DNA of 64,000 nucleotides, taken from IMG/VR virus record IMGVR_UViG_3300029288_000097, positions 1 through 64,000 of that record. One strand, written 5' to 3'. Every line of letters starts with the position of its first letter. Within the stretch, counting starts at the first letter, position 1. This document shows positions 49,042-58,557 of the stretch, piece by piece. The position numbers and the translations under genes are program-made. Below the pieces are notes generated by a model. It was not told the origin of the DNA. It saw only the letters and a list, made by a program, of their open reading frames with translations, and did no database searches. The stretch comes from a virus (lineage: Duplodnaviria; Caudoviricetes).

Positions 49042-49819
49042 CATTATATGCACAGACTGTGTGAAAGCCCTCTCTGAGTTGAAACCAAACTCACTCGATG
49101 TAATTGTGACCTCGCCACCCTACAATCTTGGAATCAAGTATGATTGCACTTACGATGATGCTATGAGCCGTGAAGACTACTTATTCTGGTTCGTAGATGT
49201 GGCCCACGCTATGTATACCGCTTTAAGCGACCAAGGCTCTCTTTTCCTGAACATTGGCTCAAAACCCACTGATCCTATGGTGCCATTCGATGTGCTTCAG
49301 GTGCTCACTCGAATGTTTAAGCTTCAGAATACGATCCATTGGGTAAAATCCATATCGATAAATGAGCAGAGCACGGGGCACTATAAACCGATCAATAGTG
49401 ATCGTTTCATAAATGATTGCCATGAGTATGTGTTTCATCTTACCAAGACTGGTAATGTAAAAGTAGATCGTCTTGCTATTGGAGTCCCTTATGCAGACGA
49501 GACCAATATAAAACGTTGGTCAGGTAAACAGAATGTTCGTTGTCGGGGCAATGCATGGTTCATACCTTACAATACCATCCAGAGCCGCGATAATGATAGA
49601 CCACACCCTGCCACTTTCCCGGTCGAATTACCCGAGATGTGTTTCAAACTTCACGGGATAGATCGGATTACGTGGGCCTGTGATCCATTCGTGGGCATAG
49701 GCAGTAGTGCCATAGCCGCACAAAGATTGGGTATTCCAAACTTTATCGGCATGGATTTATCTCCAACTTATTGTAGGAGGGCAAAAGACATGTTGAAGGA
49801 GGATGCAGATGCGGGCTAG
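49034..49819 (+). CDS. beta-class N4-C/N6-A DNA methyltransferase
   Basis: TSPPY, HPATFPVELP, DPFVGIGSS. Confidence 0.9.
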   Translation: MIDIICTDCVKALSELKPNSLDVIVTSPPYNLGIKYDCTYDDAMSREDYLFWFVDVAHAMYTALSDQGSLFLNIGSKPTDPMVPFDVLQVLTRMFKLQNTIHWVKSISINEQSTGHYKPINSDRFINDCHEYVFHLTKTGNVKVDRLAIGVPYADETNIKRWSGKQNVRCRGNAWFIPYNTIQSRDNDRPHPATFPVELPEMCFKLHGIDRITWACDPFVGIGSSAIAAQRLGIPNFIGMDLSPTYCRRAKDMLKEDADAG

Positions 49820-50240
49820 AATCGTTTTGTTCAGCACGATCATCCTGCTCCTCGCCGTGTGTCTATCGGCGATGGCTGATGGCACTACCGCTGTATGGCG
49901 GGACAACGGCTGGGATGTGACAACTACGCTTACTCATCCCGGAACCCTCGCAGGCACAGAGATCACACTAACTGGCAGTGCGACCTACTATGACTATGCG
50001 GGTAACGTATATGAGAGCGAAGCCGAACCTTTGGTCTTGACCGTGGGAGAATCTACCATTAAACGTGAATGGGTGTCAGATGAGACACTTCCCTCATGGG
50101 CACAGATCGATGCAGCTGCAACAACAGGTCCGGGTGGTTGTGAAATCTTAGCAGACGGCAAGTTTCGCACATGGGTTGAAGTCGCAAATAACGGAACTTC
50201 GGTTACACTTACATGCCGAGTCCGTTATCATCCACCTTGA
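49803..50240 (+). CDS. secreted beta-rich protein
   Basis: signal peptide ...LSAMA/DG. Confidence 0.6.
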   Translation: MQMRARIVLFSTIILLLAVCLSAMADGTTAVWRDNGWDVTTTLTHPGTLAGTEITLTGSATYYDYAGNVYESEAEPLVLTVGESTIKREWVSDETLPSWAQIDAAATTGPGGCEILADGKFRTWVEVANNGTSVTLTCRVRYHPP

Positions 50241-50329
50241 AGTGAAACTACGGCTGTGACTACTGCTGACACTACAACTACCACTGTAGACACGGAAGCG
50301 CAAGTATCGCTGCCACAAGTAGAGTAAAC

Positions 50330-50373
50330 CAGAAAGTCCCCTCAGCTTTATACCCAGCCGAGGGGACTTTCTG
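50330..50373 (+). terminator. hairpin / terminator
   Basis: CAGAAAGTCCCCTC/GAGGGGACTTTCTG. Confidence 0.7.
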
Positions 50374-50378
50374 CAAAA

Positions 50379-50423
50379 CAGGTATATATACCAGTTGCAT
50401 TTGGTTAGCTAATCAATTATACT
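50379..50423 (+). promoter_or_regulatory. operator palindrome + promoter (copy 9)
   Basis: CAGGTATATATACCAG, TTGCAT-17-TATACT. Confidence 0.85.
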
Positions 50424-50463
50424 CATAGTGTGAGTAACAAAACTTAGACGGGAGGCATCATAG

Positions 50464-51486
50464 ATGGCAGTAGAAACGACAATGAAAGGTAGAGTAAGTT
50501 CTCAATTCGTTCAGAAGGGGGACGTAGGTCATATCTATGGGGGAGTTGAGATCACTGGCAAAGTCACAGCTGAGGAAGCTCTGGTTTTAGCTGGAGCCAA
50601 CTTTGAAGTAGCACAATGTGCCGCTCGTATGGGCGATAGAGATAGAACCAAAATTGATAATCTGTTCCACAATTTCAGAACGGATGTCTCCGGCCCCGAG
50701 AAATATCTTGGCACAGTCAAGGGTGATTACCATGTCATCCAGAATGAACGTGCATTTGCATGGATCGATGAATTGATTGGAGATCGTACAGCATGCACCA
50801 TCACTTCTGCCGGTACACTTTATGGTGGACGATGTGTTTGGGTGTGCATTGATCTTGGTGGCTACGAGGTGCTTCCTGATGATGAAGTCCGGCACCATTT
50901 GCTAATCGTCAATTCGCATGATGGCAGCTCCAATATGATCTTCCAGCTACTTGATAAGCGTGTAGTGTGCCAGAATGTCATATCTGTAACTGGTGGCGTA
51001 CACGGTTCAAGTGAACCACTGAAGATTCGACATACACGGCTGGCTGAAATCCGAATGGAAGATGTGCAGCAGGCTATCGAGTTAGCCGATACACACTTCA
51101 AAGAGGCCGAGGAAGCTATGAAGCACATGGCCCGTGTGTCTATCGATGAAGATGAACAAGACTTGCTTATATATGCTGGCTTGGGCGTATCAAAGAAGCA
51201 ACTACGAATGCTCAGCGCGGGTAAGTTTACCAAGTATCCTCAGTGGGTAAATCAGGCAACGTTGGTCAAGGCTGCTGTTTTACAGGGGCCGGGAGCTGAG
51301 TATGCACAGGGCACAGTATGGGGTGTGCTTAATGGCTTCACTTACTACTACGACCACATGAGACACGTCCGTAACTCCGATACGCGCCCGGATGTGGCAG
51401 TAGAGCAAAAGATTCTTCGCGGGAAAGGTGTTCGGGGTAAGAAGCTGGCATTTGAAGCTTGTTTGAGCTTCTGTAACCGGAACTGA
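50464..51486 (+). CDS. DUF932/DUF945 family protein
   Basis: LG.V...Y..IQN..AF, AG.L.GG, NSHDGS, R.VC.N, IRHT, GT.WG.LN..T...DH. Confidence 0.85.
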   Translation: MAVETTMKGRVSSQFVQKGDVGHIYGGVEITGKVTAEEALVLAGANFEVAQCAARMGDRDRTKIDNLFHNFRTDVSGPEKYLGTVKGDYHVIQNERAFAWIDELIGDRTACTITSAGTLYGGRCVWVCIDLGGYEVLPDDEVRHHLLIVNSHDGSSNMIFQLLDKRVVCQNVISVTGGVHGSSEPLKIRHTRLAEIRMEDVQQAIELADTHFKEAEEAMKHMARVSIDEDEQDLLIYAGLGVSKKQLRMLSAGKFTKYPQWVNQATLVKAAVLQGPGAEYAQGTVWGVLNGFTYYYDHMRHVRNSDTRPDVAVEQKILRGKGVRGKKLAFEACLSFCNRN

Positions 51487-51513
51487 CACAACTAAATAAC
51501 GAAAAATATAGGT

Positions 51514-51548
51514 AAAACAGCTGTCAGACTACCTCTGGCAGCTGTTTT
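51514..51548 (+). terminator. rho-independent terminator
   Basis: AAAACAGCTGTCAGA/TCTGGCAGCTGTTTT. Confidence 0.7.
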
Positions 51549-51647
51549 GCTATGTACTTTTTCCAAATAATTTTTTTGATAGGACACCCTATTCGCTTGC
51601 AAGTTTGTTAAGCTAGATTCAGCGACTCATAAAAGGAGCGATTTGCT

Positions 51648-54600
51648 ATGGCAGAAACACTGTTAGCAATGGCCCGAGCATTACCGCTCTTGCTCGAAGA
51701 CCAAGGGATTAAGAAACGTAAAGACGTTAGCCCCAAGGAAGGCGAGAAAGAATACGGTGATGTGACCTTTGCTGATCCAACGAACAAGAAGTATCCGTTG
51801 GATTCTGAGAAGCACGTCAAGGCTGCCTGGAGCTATATTAACATGCCTCGGAATGCAGGTAAGTATAGTTCCAAGGACTTGGGTGCTATCAAGGGCCGAA
51901 TCAAAAGAGCTGCCAAGAAGTTCGGAGTTGCTATATCGGAAGATCAGGACTTCGGTTATGATATTCCGATAACCCAGGATCATTACCACTTGTATGGTTC
52001 GGTGGAAGATGTCCTTACCCGTATCAATCTGGCGTTTCACCAGTGGAGACGCACGCTAGAAAGTGAGATCGAGTATCGTTACAGCTCAATACTGGGCGTT
52101 TACACCGATCATATCGTTTTCTACACAGATAATTGGCGGGAGGGATTGATCTACTACACAGTCAGCTATACGGTTGACACCACCAATGGGAGTGTCACCA
52201 TTCTCAATGACGTTAATCGCGTGGATGTGACTGTGATAGTTACCGATCTTGCCAGTGTTGGTGACGATGGGGATGGCAATGCTCCAACTCAAACCGCTAC
52301 GGAGGACAAAGCGATGGCTGAGGACAAGAAAACCCCAGAAGTCGAAGCACAGGATGGAAGTACCAGCACGACAGTTGTTAAGACTGATGCCCCTGTGGGT
52401 ACCAGTGCTGACAGCCCGACTGTTGAACAGCCTAAGACTGATGCTTCGTCTGCTGGACCATCCGTACCGGATGCCTCAACTGAGGCCACCAGCGGCTCTC
52501 CGGTCGAGAAGTCTGATGACATTCCGGTCGGTCCGAGCGGTAGCGATGGTAGCAGCACCGGCACGGTAGCGGGTGCACTCTCTGATGGTGGAGCTGGCAC
52601 AAAGCAAGCACAGGAGTTCGAGGGCAAAGACGAGTTCTTTGTTCAATCGGATAACTATGATGCTGCAAACCAGCCCATGAGTTACATCAAACTCCAAGCA
52701 GTCGAGGAGAAAGATGGTAAAAAACTCATGACCATCCAAGGCATTGCCACTAGGGGTGACATTGTGAACTCCAAGGGGCAGGTCTACCCAACCGAAGTAT
52801 GGCAAGAAAACTTGCCGAGAATGAACGAATTGGCAACTCAAGGTAAGTTCCTTGGGAAGCTGGAACATCCGAAAGTTGAGCAAGGGCTGGTTGACGCTGC
52901 TCTTAAGTTCAACAAGTTCTGGATACAGAACAATGACGTTTGGTTTGAGGCAGTAGTTATGCCTACGGAACCGGACGGCAAGAATCTGCAGACCATGATC
53001 GAATCGGGTGTGCAGGTTGATCTTAGCTCTCGTGGCTATGGTCAATTTGTTCAGTGTGATTGGCGCGGAAAGCAGCGACAAGTCATGCAAAAAGGCTTCA
53101 TCTGCACAGCTATCGATGCTGTATGGATGGGTGCCAGCACCGGTTCCGGTGTAACAAGCGTCACATATCAAAGCGACTCAAAAACGGTCGCGGATCAAGG
53201 AGACAGTCCAGTGGACAAAGAGAAGAAGGACGAAACCCAGGTTCAGTCTGCTGAGGATCGTGCAGCAGCTATCCGAGCAAAGGGTGCCTTCGATGAGACT
53301 AAAAAGTGCCTCCTTCAGCAGTCCGGCCTTAGCACGGACGGGCAGAGGGCATATCAGGCCGCCCTTGATAAGGCGACCGATGGTAGCATTGAGTCTCTGA
53401 TGGGTGCATCCGATGCAATCTTGCCGAGTTTACAGTCGGTATTCCCGGTAACTCAGTCTGAGACGACCGAGGAAGCCGCAACTCAGTCCGAGACCTACTC
53501 TCCGGTATTCTTCTCCAAGCAGAATGCCGAGGAGTTGGCACCGAAGACAGTTGGCGAGATGATCGACAGAATGGTACGCGACCTGCCGGAGCGTTATGAG
53601 GGTCAGTCTGATCCGGTGCATAAGGTGCCTTCACACCTTACCAGCCCGAGAGAAGCCTGCCGTCTGATGCTTCAGAATGTCGCTCGACTTACTGCGCCTT
53701 CATTCCATGGCCCATCCGCAGCTCGCGGACTCTTGGCCCTGGAACAGGGCAAGATTGACAGAGCACAGGACATCCTCACTCAGGGTGCCGAGTATGCTCT
53801 GCAGTCACTTCCAACCGGAGCAACTACGGTTGCTGGAGACGGTGCTCCGCTCTCCAATTATCTGATCTTCCCGCTCATTCGCCGGGTGTTCCCGCAGTAC
53901 ATCCTGAACGAGATCGCTTCGATCCAGCCTATGGATAGGCCGAACGGTAAGATTTTCTGGCTTGACCAGTATCGAACCGAAGACCCGTCTGCAGGTGAGG
54001 TCACCCGAATCGATCTCAACACATCGTCCAGCCCGTTCAATACGAGCTATGCCGATCAGGACACTGAAGGCGAAACTGCCAAGATCATCCGCATGAAACT
54101 GTCCAGTCAGTTGATCGAAGCGCATACCAAGAAATTGGGTGCAGCCTGGTCAATTGAAGAGATGCAGGATTTGAGAGCCTATCATGGTCTCGATGCTGCA
54201 CAGGAGCTTCTTGCAGGTGTGGCACGTGAGCTGGCATTGGAGATCAATGCTGAAGTTCTCAACGACATGATTCTTCAGGCTTCCGCTGGAGCCCTGGAGT
54301 TTGGAACCACAATGCCGACAACTGGTTTTGATAACCAGCCGGAGTGGGATGCTTACATCTGGAACTATGTGTCCAAGATGGAAAACATCATCTTCAGCAA
54401 GCGCAACGGTGGGATCACTCACCTGATCTGCGGTATGGACGCCGCTCTCGCTCTCGCTAAGTCGAACCGAATGGCAATCTCGGTTGCCACTGGTGGCGAT
54501 GGTGCAATGAACGAGCAGTATCCGGGTGTGGCCGTCATGAATCTGGTTTCTGGCACCGGTCAGAGATACCGTATTCTGAAGACCAACTTCTGGGGTAGTG

Positions 54601-54824
54601 GCACCACCAATGGTGCTAAGATCATGGCGTTCCGAAGAGGAACCGAGTGGAATGACGTTCCTTACGTCTACGCGCCGTACGCGGACTTCACCACTCCGAT
54701 GTTCACTGACCCGCTGACATTCGATCAGAAGCAGGGTGTTATGTCTCGCTTCGCCAAGAAGTGCGTGACCCCTGATGCTATCGGAACCATCGAGGTCAAG
54801 AACCAGACTGGCGCACTCGTCTAA
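51648..54824 (+). CDS. capsid polyprotein: DUF6582-like domain + T4 gp21-like prohead protease + scaffold + T4 gp23-like major capsid protein
   Basis: KYPLD..HVKAAWSYI; N..G.VYP, G.LEHP, SSRGYG; PLIRRVFP...SIQPM..PNG.IF, KLGAAWS.E..QDL.AYHGLDA, YVYAPY, GVMSRFAK. Confidence 0.92.
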   Translation: MAETLLAMARALPLLLEDQGIKKRKDVSPKEGEKEYGDVTFADPTNKKYPLDSEKHVKAAWSYINMPRNAGKYSSKDLGAIKGRIKRAAKKFGVAISEDQDFGYDIPITQDHYHLYGSVEDVLTRINLAFHQWRRTLESEIEYRYSSILGVYTDHIVFYTDNWREGLIYYTVSYTVDTTNGSVTILNDVNRVDVTVIVTDLASVGDDGDGNAPTQTATEDKAMAEDKKTPEVEAQDGSTSTTVVKTDAPVGTSADSPTVEQPKTDASSAGPSVPDASTEATSGSPVEKSDDIPVGPSGSDGSSTGTVAGALSDGGAGTKQAQEFEGKDEFFVQSDNYDAANQPMSYIKLQAVEEKDGKKLMTIQGIATRGDIVNSKGQVYPTEVWQENLPRMNELATQGKFLGKLEHPKVEQGLVDAALKFNKFWIQNNDVWFEAVVMPTEPDGKNLQTMIESGVQVDLSSRGYGQFVQCDWRGKQRQVMQKGFICTAIDAVWMGASTGSGVTSVTYQSDSKTVADQGDSPVDKEKKDETQVQSAEDRAAAIRAKGAFDETKKCLLQQSGLSTDGQRAYQAALDKATDGSIESLMGASDAILPSLQSVFPVTQSETTEEAATQSETYSPVFFSKQNAEELAPKTVGEMIDRMVRDLPERYEGQSDPVHKVPSHLTSPREACRLMLQNVARLTAPSFHGPSAARGLLALEQGKIDRAQDILTQGAEYALQSLPTGATTVAGDGAPLSNYLIFPLIRRVFPQYILNEIASIQPMDRPNGKIFWLDQYRTEDPSAGEVTRIDLNTSSSPFNTSYADQDTEGETAKIIRMKLSSQLIEAHTKKLGAAWSIEEMQDLRAYHGLDAAQELLAGVARELALEINAEVLNDMILQASAGALEFGTTMPTTGFDNQPEWDAYIWNYVSKMENIIFSKRNGGITHLICGMDAALALAKSNRMAISVATGGDGAMNEQYPGVAVMNLVSGTGQRYRILKTNFWGSGTTNGAKIMAFRRGTEWNDVPYVYAPYADFTTPMFTDPLTFDQKQGVMSRFAKKCVTPDAIGTIEVKNQTGALV

Positions 54825-54847
54825 ACCCGAGTCGTCACTGTGAGAAG

Positions 54848-54881
54848 CAAAGCCCCGGACTATATATAGTCTGGGGCTTTG
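54848..54881 (+). terminator. terminator hairpin after the capsid gene, abutting an extended -10 (TGCTATAAT)
   Basis: CAAAGCCCCGGACTATA/TATAGTCTGGGGCTTTG. Confidence 0.7.
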
Positions 54882-54896
54882 TGCTATAATGAAGCC

Positions 54897-55094
54897 ATGA
54901 GATATGTCCTGAATCCAACAAACAACCCAAGATACTATGGTACAAGCACAGTAATCCCAGCACACAATTATGGTGTTGTCAGCGATGAACAAGCAGATTT
55001 ACTAAGCAAGCCTGTTCTGGTTGAGGGAAGTTCTGAGTTCAGGCCATTGTTCGTGTCCAATGATCCGGGCCGAACACCAAATCAAATACCATAA
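54897..55094 (+). CDS. small protein, probably leaderless
   Basis: ATG 6 nt after TATAAT. Confidence 0.45.
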   Translation: MRYVLNPTNNPRYYGTSTVIPAHNYGVVSDEQADLLSKPVLVEGSSEFRPLFVSNDPGRTPNQIP

Positions 55095-55105
55095 GGAGAC
55101 AGATC

Positions 55106-55450
55106 ATGGCAAGCATGAAAGACAATGTAACCAGCATCATTAACTGGCTACACCAGGCTATCGACATGCTTATCGTCCTCATCAGAGGTGGTAAAATTGA
55201 AGAGGCCGTCGAGTTGATCCAAGATGTACGTGATGTCATCTCGTCCTATCTTGGTGTCTTTCAGAGTTTCGTTCCAGACAATGCCATTACGACTATGCCT
55301 GGTAACTTCTGGAAGAAGCTGAAATGGATCGCGGATAATACTGGTTGGATTCAAGCTCTTGCACTTCTCACCAGTAGCACCAATCCATTTGAAGCATCAA
55401 AGACACGAGCAGCTGCCGTGGCCTCAAAGTGGGGCTTTACGACAACGTAA
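55106..55450 (+). CDS. hypothetical protein
   Basis: TAAGGAG SD. Confidence 0.6.
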   Translation: MASMKDNVTSIINWLHQAIDMLIVLIRGGKIEEAVELIQDVRDVISSYLGVFQSFVPDNAITTMPGNFWKKLKWIADNTGWIQALALLTSSTNPFEASKTRAAAVASKWGFTTT

Positions 55451-55488
55451 CCACTTCCCTCGATGATGGGAAGCAAGGAGGAAGTACA

Positions 55489-56415
55489 ATGTATCGAATC
55501 ATAATTGTAATGCTGGCAATCTTGCTGAGCTTCACACCATCGAAGGCGAGCGTAGACAAGCTACCTGCCTCACATGATGACCACGTGAGGCAGGTAGAAG
55601 CTGCCAAGACTGCTACCCATAGTGACCCGCCATGGGCTGAACGAGAAGGAACAATAAAGCATGCTTTGACTTTAACCGATGGCAGTTCTGTATCACTCGA
55701 TTGTGTGCGTGTAGCTGCAATCTATAAGACTCCAAAAGAATACTTTGTCATCACTGAATGGTGGGATAATAGCGAAGATCATGCGATCATAGTAAATCAC
55801 GCAGCAGCCACAACTATGCTCCCCGGACAAACCATTGATGTAAGTGGCACAATCAGCTCCCTATCCGATGGAAGACGCCTTATAGATTATCCTCGTGTCC
55901 TTGGCTATACAGACAAAGAGGGCACTCTACTTGTTAAAGGTGGCCCATGTATAAAAGGCATCGATAAGCCTGTAGAATGGGCCTGGAAGACTGTACTTTT
56001 TACAACTACTCAGCCAAAAACCTACAAGACAGCAACTTCTAAAGTGGGTGTTAGAGCTGTAACAGCAACTACACTTGACTCAAGTCCCTACTCGATTAAA
56101 GGTCTAACCACATATGAGACTATTCAGGCTCTCATTGATGCAAAGCCAGCAGAGGGTGCATGGGTAAGATTACGTAAGTTGAATATCCATCTAACAGCCA
56201 CAGACGACACAAATGGACATTATCTTGTGGTTACTGACAAAAGCGATCAATACCTCCAGGTATTCACTACAGCTGCCCCTAAAGTCTCCACAGCACGAGT
56301 TGGACGCCTTATTGGTAAAGTGCACCTGTTGGACGAGAAGATAGTTTTACTGGTTGACAGTGGGCCGACATTTGATGCACAATTGGGCACCGGTGACATC
56401 TGGATTATCGACTAG
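55489..56415 (+). CDS. secreted protein with OB-like repeats
   Basis: signal peptide; TIKHALTLTDGSSVSL; AAGGAGG SD. Confidence 0.65.
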   Translation: MYRIIIVMLAILLSFTPSKASVDKLPASHDDHVRQVEAAKTATHSDPPWAEREGTIKHALTLTDGSSVSLDCVRVAAIYKTPKEYFVITEWWDNSEDHAIIVNHAAATTMLPGQTIDVSGTISSLSDGRRLIDYPRVLGYTDKEGTLLVKGGPCIKGIDKPVEWAWKTVLFTTTQPKTYKTATSKVGVRAVTATTLDSSPYSIKGLTTYETIQALIDAKPAEGAWVRLRKLNIHLTATDDTNGHYLVVTDKSDQYLQVFTTAAPKVSTARVGRLIGKVHLLDEKIVLLVDSGPTFDAQLGTGDIWIID

Positions 56416-56423
56416 GAGGCATC

Positions 56424-57545
56424 ATGCGTCGAATATTCCTCGTATTACTGCTCTTATTGAGCATACAGTCAACATGTTTTGCACAGTGGACACCTCCACT
56501 TGGAGAAGCATCTACTGGTGATCCTTTACCATCAGCTCCACCAGCTGAGCATTCTATCGCATGGGCGAAAACCTTAACTGATGGAACTGCTCTCGATGAA
56601 CCTATCATCGATAAGGTTGTAACCCGTACATTCCCTGAGTTTGGCTATTTTTATATTCAGGAAATCGGAGCCGGTTTTGGACTACGAATCAAGTCGGCAG
56701 CTTGTCCTAATCCCGGTGATGTTGTAACAATCACAGCGGGCACTTTACAGACGGTTGAGTGCCAACGCTATGTTGATAGTGCATCTTATACCATATCTGA
56801 GCATAACCATACGTCCTCAGCCGTTGGTATGTCAAACAAAGCATTTGGTGGTGGGGATTTTCTTTATGATGAAGGACCACCCATCAGTGGACAGCAAGGC
56901 TTTTGGGATGGCAATGGCCTAAATACAATCGGCATGCTGGTTCGAGTATGGGGTAAAGTGACAGAAATTGACACCAGGGCCGCTCCGCTTTACTACTTTA
57001 TCGATGATGGCTCTGGCGTAGACATGGCCGTCGATCTCGAAGTTGCCCCAAGCCAACCTATTCCTTTCACAAGTAGTGTTGGTGATTACGTTTCTATAAC
57101 TGGCATAAGTTCATGCTTACCCGTTGACGGCTGGCCTGTAAGAGTTCTTCGTCCTTGTGCTCCATCTGTAAAAATCGCAAAAAGTACGGGTCAATCTGAT
57201 CCGGCCACCAAGAGCCCAATTAAGTTTACAATTACGTTCAGCGAACCTGTCTCGGGATTCGTGAACAGTGATGTTAAGTTTTCGGGTAGTGCCAAGCCAA
57301 CAGCAGCTCAAGTAATAGATAGTGGCGATCATACTTCCTACTCCGTTGAAATAAGTGGGATGTCAGTCACCGGCACAGTCGGTGTAAGATTGGACTATGG
57401 AGCTGCAAAAAGTGTATACTATGAAGGGGACTCCTTATCAGGGGCAACCACCACAATCAACTACCAATCCTACGTGCCCTACCGCACGTTAAATAAACGT
57501 ATGGGTGTAGGAAATGGCAGGTATCAACGTAAACCATTAAAGTGA
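56424..57545 (+). CDS. secreted protein with OB-like and Ig-like domains
   Basis: signal peptide; YFYIQE..G.RI, GLNTIGMLVRVWGKVT..IDDGSG; FTITFSEPVSGF...D. Confidence 0.7.
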   Translation: MRRIFLVLLLLLSIQSTCFAQWTPPLGEASTGDPLPSAPPAEHSIAWAKTLTDGTALDEPIIDKVVTRTFPEFGYFYIQEIGAGFGLRIKSAACPNPGDVVTITAGTLQTVECQRYVDSASYTISEHNHTSSAVGMSNKAFGGGDFLYDEGPPISGQQGFWDGNGLNTIGMLVRVWGKVTEIDTRAAPLYYFIDDGSGVDMAVDLEVAPSQPIPFTSSVGDYVSITGISSCLPVDGWPVRVLRPCAPSVKIAKSTGQSDPATKSPIKFTITFSEPVSGFVNSDVKFSGSAKPTAAQVIDSGDHTSYSVEISGMSVTGTVGVRLDYGAAKSVYYEGDSLSGATTTINYQSYVPYRTLNKRMGVGNGRYQRKPLK

Positions 57546-57552
57546 GTAAGCC

Positions 57553-58557
57553 ATGAATGCTGTTCAAAGCACAATAACTTGGTTACCTGCTCTACTACAA
57601 GATAAAGATACAGGTGCAGGCTTAACCGGCATCGTATGGAATGCTTCAGGTATGGTAGTAAAATATCAGAAGCAAGGTAACGGCATTGTCACAAAGACCC
57701 TTACGATAAATGATTGGGCTGAAGGTATAGACGGGTCTTACAATATCCGTTTTACAGCTGCCGAATTAGACACTCTTGGTCTTTTCAGCTATTGGGTATC
57801 TCATCCCAGCTCAACAACATATCCGGGTGCCATAACAGTAGTTGAAGCTATTGCCTCTGATATAGCATCTGAGACTACATTAGATGCTGTAAAGACAGCA
57901 GTTGATGGACTACCTACTGATGTAGCTTCAAGCCAAGCCGTCTCGGAGTTATCCACAAAGATTGATAATATCGATGTGGCTGTCAGTGTACCTGCTGCTC
58001 CAGTTGGAGTTGGGTTTACTGTAAATACAACTCAACGAAAACAGACTTGGGTACCGGTACAATTGACCAATAGTGCGACTGGTTTAGGCATCAGTGGCAT
58101 AACATTCGATCAGGTAACTGTACAGTATCAAAAGCCAGGCGAAGAAGTCACTGTTAAAGTTTTAACTGAGGAACAATGGAGCGAAGGTGTAGATGGCTCC
58201 TATAGCGTATGCTTTATATCAGATGAAATAGATATGCTTGGCACCATGCACTATTGGGTGGAATACTCAACGGCAGCAACATACCCTGGCATTATTCTTG
58301 TCACTGAACCTGGAGCTGGCCCTGGATCAGTTGAAAAAACAATCAGAGTCAGTGTCAAAGGCCAACCTATCGAAAACTGTGAAGTCTGGATAAGTAGTGA
58401 TGCTGCCGGACGTGACAAAATTGCAGGGCCACGTTATACAAATGTGCTTGGTGTAGCAACATTCTACCTTGATCCAGGAGAATACTGGGTACACTATCGC
58501 AAAGCTCGTGAGGTTGAGTACGATAGACAACAATGGAAGGTGACAAGCGATGGCTGA
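57553..58557 (+). CDS. virion structural protein with an internally duplicated ~95-aa domain
   Basis: W.P..L...G.G..GI...YQK.G...W.EG.DGSY...YWV...TYPG occurs twice. Confidence 0.65.
   Translation: MNAVQSTITWLPALLQDKDTGAGLTGIVWNASGMVVKYQKQGNGIVTKTLTINDWAEGIDGSYNIRFTAAELDTLGLFSYWVSHPSSTTYPGAITVVEAIASDIASETTLDAVKTAVDGLPTDVASSQAVSELSTKIDNIDVAVSVPAAPVGVGFTVNTTQRKQTWVPVQLTNSATGLGISGITFDQVTVQYQKPGEEVTVKVLTEEQWSEGVDGSYSVCFISDEIDMLGTMHYWVEYSTAATYPGIILVTEPGAGPGSVEKTIRVSVKGQPIENCEVWISSDAAGRDKIAGPRYTNVLGVATFYLDPGEYWVHYRKAREVEYDRQQWKVTSDG

Noticed and set aside
54150-54992. Long antisense ORFs (280 aa here; also 52476-53171 and 37930-38403)
   Set aside because: They are shadows of strongly codon-biased + strand genes, with no SD or recognisable motifs.
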